Assembly: GCA_965249045.1 (NCBI GenBank)
Contig: OZ252213.1
Span: 1,399,904-1,463,903, forward strand
Source of the DNA: Thermodesulfobacteriota bacterium
Lineage (GTDB): Bacteria > Desulfobacterota_D > UBA1144 > Nemesobacterales > Nemesobacteraceae
Direction: 5' to 3'
DNA: 64,000 nt
Positions within the stretch are counted from its first letter, which is position 1; each line of letters opens with the position of its first letter. A program made the position numbers and the translations under genes. This document shows, piece after piece, positions 1-8,334 of the stretch. The notes under the pieces were generated by a model. The model had not been told where the DNA came from and made no database searches. It saw only the letters and a list, made by a program, of their open reading frames with translations.

Positions 1-1048
1 TATCCGCATGCCCGCATTTGTGGCATGTCTGACTTGTGTATGCGGGATTTACTTCTATCAGTCTCCCGCATTTGTACTCAAGATTCTTTCTTATCTCCCC
101 GAAGGCGGTATCAAGTATTGCCCTGTTAAGTTCCGCCTTCTGCTTCACGTTCTTTCCGGGATTCTCTATCGTGCCCTTTGCAGAAGCCGTCATGTTCCTC
201 AACTTTAAGTCTTCCACTATCACGGTTCCGCATTTCCCGGCAATCTCCTTTGTGGTCTTGTGAATCCAGTTCTTGCGGATATTGGCTATCTTCCTGCTCA
301 CCTTAGCAAGTTTCTTCTTTGTGTCCTTCCGCCTGTTAGACCCCTTGACCTGCCTTGCCATCCTTCGCTGATAGCGCTTACGCCTTGCTTCTTTCTTCCT
401 TAAATCGGGCAGGAAGTAGAAATGTCCATCCGAAGTGGCAACTTGGCGAACGTTCATGTCAACACCAAGAACCTCGCTGTCGTCCAATCTCCGTTCTGCC
501 TCGATTTCATAGAAGACAAAGGCACGCCACCTGTGCCCGTCATGGCGAAGCACAACCTGCTTGGGCGCGCAGTCCTCCCAAGGATTGCCACCCCTGCGGG
601 TGAGTCTCACCCAACCCACCAATGGAATGCGAAGCAGAGAGTATTTTCTATCAATATTTTTTATTCTGAAGTTTTCCTTGCTAGGGAGTGTAAAACTAGG
701 AGTAGTCCTTCTCCTGCTTCTAGGCTTCGGGAAGCCCTTTTTGCCAGCAATTGCCTCTTTCAACGCGTCCGCAAAATACTTGAGAGTATGTTTAATAGGA
801 TTGGCGGGAAGCTCCCTAAGCCAGTGCGTCCTATGCCTTAGCTTGGTGAACTCCACTCCGAGACTGAAATAACTGGTAGATGGCCCTTCTCCCTCGCCGT
901 CCCTGAACTTCTGGTAGTCGCTAAGGTTCTTCTCCCGAAAATGGTTCCAGACGTATCTACAAGCTCCCGCTATCTGGAACATCTTCCTTGCCTTCGCCTT
1001 AGAGGTAGGCAGAACGACAAACTCTACAGTACGTATTTCTTTAATCAT
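1..1048 (-). CDS. tnpB: TnpB-like transposon-associated protein (IS200/IS605 family OrfB, RuvC-like nuclease with zinc finger). It is partial: the 3' end lies beyond the window start.
   Basis: Manual reverse-complement translation starting at the ATG complementary to 1046-1048 gives an uninterrupted protein: MIKEIRTVEFVVLPTSKAKARKMFQ...LGVDMNVRQVATSDG...IHKTTKEIAGKCGTVIVEDLKLRNMTASAKG...NRAILDTAFGEIRKNLEYKCGRLIEVNPAYTSQTCHKCGHAD. It shows the RuvC-I Asp (GVDMN), the RuvC-II Glu (IVEDL) and the first CxxC of the zinc finger. There is an in-frame stop 4 codons upstream of the ATG. The plus-strand ORFs listed for 8-872 are antisense artefacts. Confidence 0.85.
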   Translation of the reverse strand, partial: MIKEIRTVEFVVLPTSKAKARKMFQIAGACRYVWNHFREKNLSDYQKFRDGEGEGPSTSYFSLGVEFTKLRHRTHWLRELPANPIKHTLKYFADALKEAIAGKKGFPKPRSRRRTTPSFTLPSKENFRIKNIDRKYSLLRIPLVGWVRLTRRGGNPWEDCAPKQVVLRHDGHRWRAFVFYEIEAERRLDDSEVLGVDMNVRQVATSDGHFYFLPDLRKKEARRKRYQRRMARQVKGSNRRKDTKKKLAKVSRKIANIRKNWIHKTTKEIAGKCGTVIVEDLKLRNMTASAKGTIENPGKNVKQKAELNRAILDTAFGEIRKNLEYKCGRLIEVNPAYTSQTCHKCGHAD

Positions 1049-1211
1049 TAAAGTATATTATGTCCAGTTATCATGTGATTGGGTAAATAAGTCCCTTATA
1101 CTTTCATAAAATTCCGTTCTCAACTGTGCATATGAAAAAATTCAAATCCTAGCACTGGTCTTGGAAAAATGATTCATTGTGAAAAGAATACGGATTATGG
1201 AAAGAGAAAGA

Positions 1212-1244
1212 GCGGAGAATAGCCGATATTCTCCGCTCTTTTAG
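1212..1244. terminator. GC-rich perfect hairpin (gagcggagaata-gccga-tattctccgctc) followed by TTTT. It is either a bidirectional rho-independent terminator for the luciferase-like oxidoreductase gene or the subterminal hairpin of the IS200/605-type left end.
   Basis: A 12-bp perfect stem is seen directly. T-runs lie on both sides. It sits 40 bp downstream of the stop of the 1257..2192 gene and about 165 bp upstream of the tnpB start. Confidence 0.5.
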
Positions 1245-1256
1245 TCTACAGAAAAC

Positions 1257-2192
1257 TTAAGAATAAGTTTTAGCTGTTATCTCCATTACCTCTATATTAC
1301 TCTGTTTTCCTACCGGTCCGGGAACCAATATGGCAAGATCGACTCCAGCTGCGAAATGCTCTTCAAGTTTTTTCTTACAGTTATCTGGCGTACCGGCAAG
1401 CGCTATTGAATCTATGAGTTCGTCAGTGAAAACTTCGGCCGGGTTCGCTCCGTCCTGCACCTGGTCGATTATATCACCGAAACCTATGTTTCTTATGAGT
1501 CTCTGGTAAAACGGAAACCTGGCATATGGACCTAGCCCCCTCTTGGCTGCGGCAACGGCCGCGGCTTCATCATCCGAGACAAACGATGGGATGCCGTTTG
1601 TAATTGATACAGCTGAAGGGTCTCTCTCCGCTTTCGCGGCGCCCACGGCAACCTGCTCTTTTAGGGTTGCCACATAGGCGGGAGGACAGAGGTATGGCAT
1701 TATACCGTCGGCAACCTCTCCGGCCAGCTCCGCCGCGGCTTTGGTAAGTCCAGCTATATAGACTGGAAGATCGGGTACTTTCCTTTTAAGAGAAAGCCTG
1801 GGAGATGTTCCGTCAGCAAACGCTTTCACTTCGCCCACATAGTTTCTCATCGCCTCAATCGGATCTCCCATATCTATATCGTATCTATTGTTAACGGGCT
1901 TGTGACTGACTCCGAGTCCGAGAATCATTCTTCCGTCCGTTATTTCCTGTATCGTAAGCGCTGTCGCGGTAGCAACTACGGGCTGGCGCATGTATATGTT
2001 AGCTATCCATGTTCCAACGTTTATTCTCTCAGTGCACTCCGCAAACACCTGAGCGTTTGTTATGGCGTTGTAAGGCGGCACCTCCGGAGAGAGAATGCCG
2101 TCAAAACCCGCCTCCTCAGTAATTCTTGCGAGCTCTCTCATATCGCTCACGCTGCACCCCCAAACCGGTGAAGTTGTCGCAATTTTTCCCAT
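1257..2192 (-). CDS. Luciferase-like (LLM class) flavin/F420-dependent oxidoreductase
   Basis: The 311-aa ORF has a TIM-barrel LLM-type sequence (GFDGILSPEV..., ...ILGLGVSHKP...). An AAGGAGG Shine-Dalgarno sits 5 nt before the ATG. Confidence 0.8.
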   Translation of the reverse strand: MGKIATTSPVWGCSVSDMRELARITEEAGFDGILSPEVPPYNAITNAQVFAECTERINVGTWIANIYMRQPVVATATALTIQEITDGRMILGLGVSHKPVNNRYDIDMGDPIEAMRNYVGEVKAFADGTSPRLSLKRKVPDLPVYIAGLTKAAAELAGEVADGIMPYLCPPAYVATLKEQVAVGAAKAERDPSAVSITNGIPSFVSDDEAAAVAAAKRGLGPYARFPFYQRLIRNIGFGDIIDQVQDGANPAEVFTDELIDSIALAGTPDNCKKKLEEHFAAGVDLAILVPGPVGKQSNIEVMEITAKTYS

Positions 2193-2213
2193 TTTAGCCT
2201 CCTTGAGTTTTTT

Positions 2214-3113
2214 TCAGTACTGGTTTACTACATCCCTGTAATAATCTGGACGAAGGGAAGCTTCGTCTCTGGTCTTTAACACTTCTTTTATCTCTTTAAG
2301 AACTCTCTTTTTTTCCTCAGGGAATTTCGCCTTGACAGGAAGATAATTTGATATGTGGTTTGAATAGAAGTAACCGTTTGAAAGTTCCGTATTTTCAACT
2401 ATGGTCTCAAGTTCTTCTATCATCCGAAATTTGTCCGGAAGCTCAAAGAGGCCTTCCTGCCATTGCTTGTAAATCGGTGCTCCGGGACGAAGTTGAAGGG
2501 AAAGAGCTCCGACATATTCAGGATCACATTCCGTAAGAAGTTTTCCGGTAGCCAGTGCGTGCTCACTGCTCCTCTCCTTCCCGCCGATGCCGAGGAGGAC
2601 CATGACCGAATTCATTATCCCCGAGGCTTTCAGTTTTCTTGAGGCTTCAACGGTCTCGGCAAAATTCGCTCCCTTCTCTATTCTCTCGAGTACTACATCA
2701 TCTCCGCTTTCAAAACCTATGTAAACCATGCTGAGACCATTCTCTCGAAGACGCGTGAGGTCTTCAATCGATTTTCTGAGTATGTCGCCCACGTTTGCGT
2801 ACACGGTAATTCTCTCAAGATCAGGGGTTTTTTCATGAAGATAATCCATTATTTCCATAAGTTTCGCCGTAGAAAGCACGAGTGCGTTACCATCGGCTAT
2901 AAAAACCCTTCGCTCAAGTGATCCCCTTTTCGCCGCGGTATCGATAATCTCTCTGATTTCGCCCATAGGTCTTACCCTGAATTTCTGGGTTTCCTTTCTG
3001 TACATGGCGCAATATGTGCATTTGTTGTGGGAACAGCCGACAGTGGCTTGCAGAATAAAACTTTTATGTTCGCTTGGGGGACGGAAAAAGGGAGTTACGT
3101 ATTCAATCATCAC
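2214..3113 (-). CDS. Radical SAM domain protein of unknown specific function
   Basis: 299 aa with a canonical CX3CX2C motif near the N-terminus (CSHNKCTYC) and a GFESGDD...IEKG motif. Its stop lies 21 bp upstream of the start of the luciferase-like gene, so the two are probably co-transcribed. Confidence 0.85.
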   Translation of the reverse strand: MMIEYVTPFFRPPSEHKSFILQATVGCSHNKCTYCAMYRKETQKFRVRPMGEIREIIDTAAKRGSLERRVFIADGNALVLSTAKLMEIMDYLHEKTPDLERITVYANVGDILRKSIEDLTRLRENGLSMVYIGFESGDDVVLERIEKGANFAETVEASRKLKASGIMNSVMVLLGIGGKERSSEHALATGKLLTECDPEYVGALSLQLRPGAPIYKQWQEGLFELPDKFRMIEELETIVENTELSNGYFYSNHISNYLPVKAKFPEEKKRVLKEIKEVLKTRDEASLRPDYYRDVVNQY

Positions 3114-3306
3114 CCTAAGAACTTAACAAAATTTTGAGGTCTGTTCAACAAGACTTTGCAATGGCGTAAAGCATAGGTTATTCTTGCGCCATAATGTTTG
3201 ACCTCGAACCACACGAAAAAGAAGGCCTGAAGTACATACTTGGTGTACCGATACTAATCGGACTAATAATGGTCATCGCTTCTCTGACGCACATCGTCCT
3301 TGCTCC

Positions 3307-3780
3307 CTAGCTTGTGCCCCAGCGGATTATCCGGAGGATGAGTTCGTGGATTTCGATCTCTACTCCACTATTATCCCTAAAAAGATATCCCCCGTTTTTC
3401 TTCTCTTCCCAAGTAACTCCGAGAAGTTTCAGATTTTTCTTCGGTTTTTGGGGATCGGGATCGATTTTCCTTCCGACAAAGGTAACGGTGTTTTCGCCCC
3501 CGTAAAGTACCATAATCAGTTTTGAAGTTCCAAAAAGGAGCAAAAAACCCGGAGTTTTTGCTTCGGTACCGAAAACCGCCTGCATAAAACCCGGAGGCGG
3601 AGCAATCACGCTGATTGTGTCTCGGCCGTATTCTTTGTTTAATGACTCCACATATGTTTCGAAGCTACGGCAGAGAAAATCCGAAGCTCTCTTGCTTTCC
3701 CCGCATGTTTCATCCGAGTCGACTGAGATTTTCTCTTTTTCGTAAAACTCAGCAATCCACGGCTGTTTTTTCATTTCCAC
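3307..3780 (-). CDS. Hypothetical protein (157 aa)
   Basis: Long ORF with coding-like composition. It lies upstream of, and on the same strand as, the radical SAM/oxidoreductase pair. I recognise no family. Confidence 0.45.
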   Translation of the reverse strand: MEMKKQPWIAEFYEKEKISVDSDETCGESKRASDFLCRSFETYVESLNKEYGRDTISVIAPPPGFMQAVFGTEAKTPGFLLLFGTSKLIMVLYGGENTVTFVGRKIDPDPQKPKKNLKLLGVTWEEKKNGGYLFRDNSGVEIEIHELILRIIRWGTS

Positions 3781-4045
3781 GGCACATCACCTTAACCTTC
3801 AGCTTTCAATCTGGAGTCTGAAGACAAGAAAGCTTCATCGTTCTCAGCTCTGAAAAACCATCCGCAAACCGATAGATTTTCTCATTTTTCACTGAAAACG
3901 CTTCAAATTCTTCGCGTAATATAATAATATATGCAACAAGGGGAAACAAAAGATAGACAAACTCTACGGAAACACCGCAGGCCTCACCAGAAGCGACCTG
4001 AAGAACATACTTAGAATATACAAGAGGAAAATTCCTCAGGACCGC

Positions 4046-5671
4046 TTGGTAACCCCTGAATTAATCCGCACTCTTTTAGCCCTCTCGGGCGAATTTAAAA
4101 GAACAATGACGGTGCTTATCGACCGCAAGGGAAAGATAAGGTTTGTTTTCATCGGAGAACCTTGCGATTTTCCTTTTGAAAAATTGCTCGGAAGGAGGAG
4201 AAGAGCGAAGTACAGACTCAGGGGACTTCGTGCTGTAAGAACCAATCTTAAGGGATCAGGCCTTACCAATTCAGACCTGACGACCCTGGCAAACGAAAGA
4301 CTCGATCTGGTGGCTTCGGCGTCTATCAGTCAAAGCGGTTCAGCGGGGCGCCTTGAATACGCTAATCTCATCCCACCGGACGAAAAGAACCCGGCGAAGT
4401 GGGAGATTTCAAAATTTTCGGATCTAGGTCGCATAGAGATTAATCTTGAGCAGGAAATAAACAGCATAGAACAAGCTCTCAGGCGCGCTTTTCTCAAAAA
4501 CGGAGGCAAGGAAAACAGAGAAGGAGTGATACTGGTGGGATTCAGCACTAAATTCCGCTACCTGACTGAAAAATCTCTTGAGGAACTTGACTCTCTGGCT
4601 CTTTCAGCCGAAAAAGTGGTGCTCGACAAGGTGGCTCAGGTAAGAAAAAAGGTTGATCCCCGTTATCTTGTCGGGAAAGGAAAACTCAGGGAAGTCGCTC
4701 TTCATGCTAAACACCTGGGAGCGGATACCATAATTTTTGACACCGAACTTACCCCTGCTCAGGCAAACGCAATCGGAGAGGAATCCGGCCTTGATATAAT
4801 GGACCGCAGTCAGCTTATAATACAGATATTCGCAAAACACGCTAAGACAAATGAAGGAAAAATCCAAGCCAGACTCGCCGAATTACAATACAACCTGCCG
4901 AGACTTAAAGGCAAAGGCACGACCTTCTCACAGCTTGGCGGTGGAATAGGTACTAGAGGCCCGGGAGAAAAGAAGCTTGAACAGGAAAGAAGAAACATAC
5001 GAAAACAGATCGAGCAGCTTGAAAAACAGACTGAAAATCTCTGCAGAAGAAGGGAACACACAAGGAAAAACAGGAAAACCTCAAGAATTCCAACCCTTTC
5101 CTTTATCGGATACACAAATGTCGGCAAATCCACGCTTTTTAACCGTCTGACAAAATCCTCGATTGTTACACAAGACAAGCTTTTCTCAACCCTGAATCCA
5201 ACCACAAGAAAAGTCATGCTTCCGGGAGGAAAACAGATACTCATGACTGATACGGTGGGCTTTATAAGCAAGCTTCCCCAGGAACTCATAAACGCGTTTA
5301 GAGCCACGCTTGAGGAAATAGGCGAAGCCGACCTGCTGCTTCATGTAGCCGACGCGAGCGATCCAGAGGTCAGAGAAAAAATAGATTCGGTAATCAAGAT
5401 AATGGAGTCCATGGAATGTGAGAACATTCCCAGTATTCTTGTGTTCAATAAAACGGACGAAGCGGACGCGCATACACAAGCGACACTTCGCGAGGCGTTT
5501 CCTCAAGTTCCACTTGTGTCGGCAAAAAAAGGAACGAATTTCAGGGAGTTACTTCTACATATAGAGAAAGTTGTTGAAAAAATCGAAGCTGATGCGAAAG
5601 TCGGGGGTTTTAACCCGGAAGAAAAGCCCGAAGACACTGTCTCGCTTCCGTTATTACACAGTTCCTTTTAG
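4046..5671 (+). CDS. hflX: GTPase HflX. The start is uncertain: the frame is open from a TTG at 4046, which implies an N-terminal extension of about 150 aa.
   Basis: HflX N-domain and G-domain motifs are present (GYTNVGKSTLFN, DTVGF, NKTD). No in-frame stop occurs from 4046 to 5671. Candidate internal starts are the ATG at 4106 and the GTG at 4535 preceded by AAGGAG-N8. Confidence 0.85.
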   Translation: MVTPELIRTLLALSGEFKRTMTVLIDRKGKIRFVFIGEPCDFPFEKLLGRRRRAKYRLRGLRAVRTNLKGSGLTNSDLTTLANERLDLVASASISQSGSAGRLEYANLIPPDEKNPAKWEISKFSDLGRIEINLEQEINSIEQALRRAFLKNGGKENREGVILVGFSTKFRYLTEKSLEELDSLALSAEKVVLDKVAQVRKKVDPRYLVGKGKLREVALHAKHLGADTIIFDTELTPAQANAIGEESGLDIMDRSQLIIQIFAKHAKTNEGKIQARLAELQYNLPRLKGKGTTFSQLGGGIGTRGPGEKKLEQERRNIRKQIEQLEKQTENLCRRREHTRKNRKTSRIPTLSFIGYTNVGKSTLFNRLTKSSIVTQDKLFSTLNPTTRKVMLPGGKQILMTDTVGFISKLPQELINAFRATLEEIGEADLLLHVADASDPEVREKIDSVIKIMESMECENIPSILVFNKTDEADAHTQATLREAFPQVPLVSAKKGTNFRELLLHIEKVVEKIEADAKVGGFNPEEKPEDTVSLPLLHSSF

Positions 5672-5754
5672 CTTTCTTAAAACCTGCACACAAAAAAGGG
5701 GATGCCCGTTTCCACGAACATCCCCTTTTTTATACTGTTTTTACTTCCAGATCT

Positions 5755-5952
5755 CTACCAAGGCTTGGACGCGTCGTCCTGTCCCTTGAGATTCTTGATC
5801 CATTTCGAATCGTCATAACTGGAAACGCCGAAAGTGAGCGCCAGAGTAGCGATTATAACGCCTATCTCATTATTGTTCGTCTGCTCGGCTCTCCTTTTGA
5901 TCTTGTTATGAATTGGATCCGGAATATTTAGTGTTATTTCTGCCATTATCAA
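5755..5952 (-). CDS. Small ribbon-helix-helix-like (CopG/Arc-type) protein, putative DNA-binding
   Basis: The 65-aa ORF starts MAEITLNIPDPIHNKIKRRAEQ...GVIIATLALTFG, which matches the strand-helix-helix pattern of RHH proteins. It lies 28 bp downstream of the nitroreductase-family gene on the same strand. Confidence 0.4.
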   Translation of the reverse strand: MIMAEITLNIPDPIHNKIKRRAEQTNNNEIGVIIATLALTFGVSSYDDSKWIKNLKGQDDASKPW

Positions 5953-5979
5953 AACCTCCTGATTGATTTTTGATAAGAA

Positions 5980-6993
5980 CTAGTCAGCGTCCCCGATACC
6001 TTTTTCTTTCCTGTACTCTGCTACTTTCTCCCTTTTTACTGTCGGGGTAAGAGAAAAGCCTGAAGGGTCAGGAGATGCGCCCGCGGCCGAAGCCTGCAAT
6101 TCCTCGGCGCTAAGAGAATTAAACTTCATGTCTCCCGCGACCTCTCCGAGCTGGGACTCTTCAAGTTTCCAGTCGGTAAGCCACTCGTCTCCGAGACCGA
6201 AACGTTTCGTAAGCCCGTTGATCTCCTCCAATCTTCCGGGAAGAGGTCCTGCCGGCTGAAGCAGATTCAGATCCTGCAGAAGACTCATTACTTCTGGATC
6301 TCTCGGGAATGCGTTTCCGACCCGTTTCTCAAAGAACATGGTATCAAACGGAGGACGGCATCTCTGCCCGCCACCTTGGATATCCTCTGCAGGATAGCCG
6401 ACGGTCATAAGCCAGCTGAACACGTAAGTGTCGGGAAGACTGAACTTCGCCTTCGTGTTTCTCCTCGCACCGCCACTCGCGCCGTTAAGACAGGTCCCGA
6501 GACCCAGCGCCGTCGCGGCCAATATCGCGTTCTGGATCGCGTTTCCAAGATCGATTGCGGCGAGCCGATGCAGTATTGCGTCGGGAAGCAGTCCGGGAAG
6601 TGGGAACAGGTTAGATACCCTGTCGTATTCCCAGCCATGGGCCTTGTCAAGCGCTCCGGTTCTCATAAGATCGTGGATTGACTGACCCTGCGTGTCATAG
6701 TTGGCCATGTCATAACACCAGAACACAAGCACGGGAGCCATCTGCGTGGTGATCTGACTCCAGTCGGATATGAACTCCCATATTTCGGGATCCTCATCCC
6801 TGTATACAACTATTGCTCTTTGTCCATTGAAGTTACCTGCCGAAGGAGAAAGCCTGGCGGCTTCCAGCATGGCCTGAATCTTCCACTTCTCAACGGGCTG
6901 ATTCGGCTCATACCACCTGATGGACCTTCTTGTCCCTATGGCGTTGAACGTGTCCATGACACTAACTTCGCTGGCACTTGGTATGTTACTCAT
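5980..6993 (-). CDS. Nitroreductase-family flavoprotein with a C-terminal extension of about 100 aa
   Basis: 337 aa, with an RRSIRWY motif and a nitroreductase-like core. The C-terminal 100 aa are Gly/Pro-rich and I do not recognise them. Confidence 0.7.
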   Translation of the reverse strand: MSNIPSASEVSVMDTFNAIGTRRSIRWYEPNQPVEKWKIQAMLEAARLSPSAGNFNGQRAIVVYRDEDPEIWEFISDWSQITTQMAPVLVFWCYDMANYDTQGQSIHDLMRTGALDKAHGWEYDRVSNLFPLPGLLPDAILHRLAAIDLGNAIQNAILAATALGLGTCLNGASGGARRNTKAKFSLPDTYVFSWLMTVGYPAEDIQGGGQRCRPPFDTMFFEKRVGNAFPRDPEVMSLLQDLNLLQPAGPLPGRLEEINGLTKRFGLGDEWLTDWKLEESQLGEVAGDMKFNSLSAEELQASAAGASPDPSGFSLTPTVKREKVAEYRKEKGIGDAD

Positions 6994-7179
6994 ATTAACC
7001 TCCTGTTTGGGTGTTTTTTATTCAGAGTGAAACTAAAACTCCATAACCTCTCCTGACATTATACCACCAAATTACAAAAATTTCATCATCGAAAATCAAA
7101 ATCTCTTGAATTTTACAACGCCAACGATTTAGTATACATTCTATTGTTGAACTTAAAGCGCAAGCAGGAGGAATTACTA

Positions 7180-8334
7180 ATGAGAGACGTTTACATCATA
7201 GGAGTGGGAACCACCGCCTGCGGAAGATTTCCCGATAAACCAGCTCACGTGCTCGCAAGGGAAGCCGCATGGGCCGCGATACAGGATTCGGGAATTCACG
7301 CGCGAAAAATCGAGATCGCGTTTTGCGGTCATGTCTACCAAGGTATGGGAGTCGGTCAGAGGGCGCTTAAGGACATAGGACTTGTCGGACAGCCTACCAT
7401 AAATGTGGAAGGAGCCTGCGGGAGCGGAACCCTTTCTCTGTGGGAAGCCTGGAGAACAATAGCCTACGGCCAGTACGATATAGCTCTCGCTCTCGGCGTT
7501 GAGAACCTGAGCAGGATTCTCTCCGGAGGTCCCCTACCCCTTGAGGAAGACGATCTCGAGGTTTCAATCGGCATGGGAATGCCCGGGCTCTACGCAATAA
7601 GAGCTTCAAAGTACATGAGCGAATACGGAGTTACCTTGGAACAGCTGGCCGAAGTTGTCGTAAAAAGCCGCCACCACGCCTCGCTAAATCCTCTTGCCCA
7701 GTACAGAAAGCCTACCACGGTAGAAGAAGTTTTGAGTGCCCCGATGATCGCAGACCCGCTTACGCGCAACATGTGCTGTCCCGTCGGCGACGCAGCCGCG
7801 GCTGCCGTGCTTTGTTCCGAGGAACATGTTGAAGAGCTTGCCAAAAAGATGCCGGTAAAGATACTTGGCTGTGTTGCCCAGTCGGGCAAATACAGCAGTC
7901 CCACAGGTCTTACCTGCGATCCTTCTGAGAACGTTTGGAGAACTTCCCAAATGGCTTACGAAATGGCTGGACTAGGACCCGAGGATATGGACGTAGCTGA
8001 GATTCACGATGCTTTCTCAATAGCGGAAATGATGGTTGTTGAATCCCTCGGTTTCTGCGAGAAGGGAGAAGGAGCAACTCTCATAGACGAAAAAAGCACT
8101 TGGGTGGGGGGCGATAAAGTCGCGGTCAACCCAAGCGGCGGATTGCTTTCACGGGGACACCCCGTCGGAGCTACCGGACTTCTTCAGACCGCTGAGATTG
8201 TAAGGCAGCTAAGAGAGGAAGTTGAACCCGAACGCCAGGTGAAAGATGCGAAAGTTGGTATCATCGAGACCATGGGAGGTGCCCAGCCCGCCATGGACGG
8301 AATCACCTGCGTTGTGAGCATCCTCGGAAAATAA
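7180..8334 (+). CDS. Thiolase-like protein (SCP-x/lipid-transfer-protein-type thiolase domain)
   Basis: MRDVYIIGVGTTACGRF...EGACGSG... is typical of the thiolase-domain family. An AGGAGG Shine-Dalgarno lies 8 nt before the ATG at 7180. The listed ORF begins at an earlier in-frame codon. Confidence 0.8.
   Translation: MRDVYIIGVGTTACGRFPDKPAHVLAREAAWAAIQDSGIHARKIEIAFCGHVYQGMGVGQRALKDIGLVGQPTINVEGACGSGTLSLWEAWRTIAYGQYDIALALGVENLSRILSGGPLPLEEDDLEVSIGMGMPGLYAIRASKYMSEYGVTLEQLAEVVVKSRHHASLNPLAQYRKPTTVEEVLSAPMIADPLTRNMCCPVGDAAAAAVLCSEEHVEELAKKMPVKILGCVAQSGKYSSPTGLTCDPSENVWRTSQMAYEMAGLGPEDMDVAEIHDAFSIAEMMVVESLGFCEKGEGATLIDEKSTWVGGDKVAVNPSGGLLSRGHPVGATGLLQTAEIVRQLREEVEPERQVKDAKVGIIETMGGAQPAMDGITCVVSILGK

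Noticed and set aside
8-872. Five plus-strand ORFs (66-139 aa) listed at the window start
   Set aside because: They are antisense to a clean, full-length TnpB reading frame on the minus strand (1..1048). That frame has recognisable RuvC and zinc-finger motifs. The plus-strand ORFs are frame artefacts.
3196-3309. 38-aa hydrophobic plus-strand peptide ORF (MFDLEPHEKEGLKYILGVPILIGLIMVIASLTHIVLAP) between the radical SAM and hypothetical genes
   Set aside because: It lies on the opposite strand to the flanking operon and has no SD. It is not Cys-rich, so it is not a SCIFF or RiPP-like precursor. It is most likely chance, though a small membrane peptide cannot be excluded.
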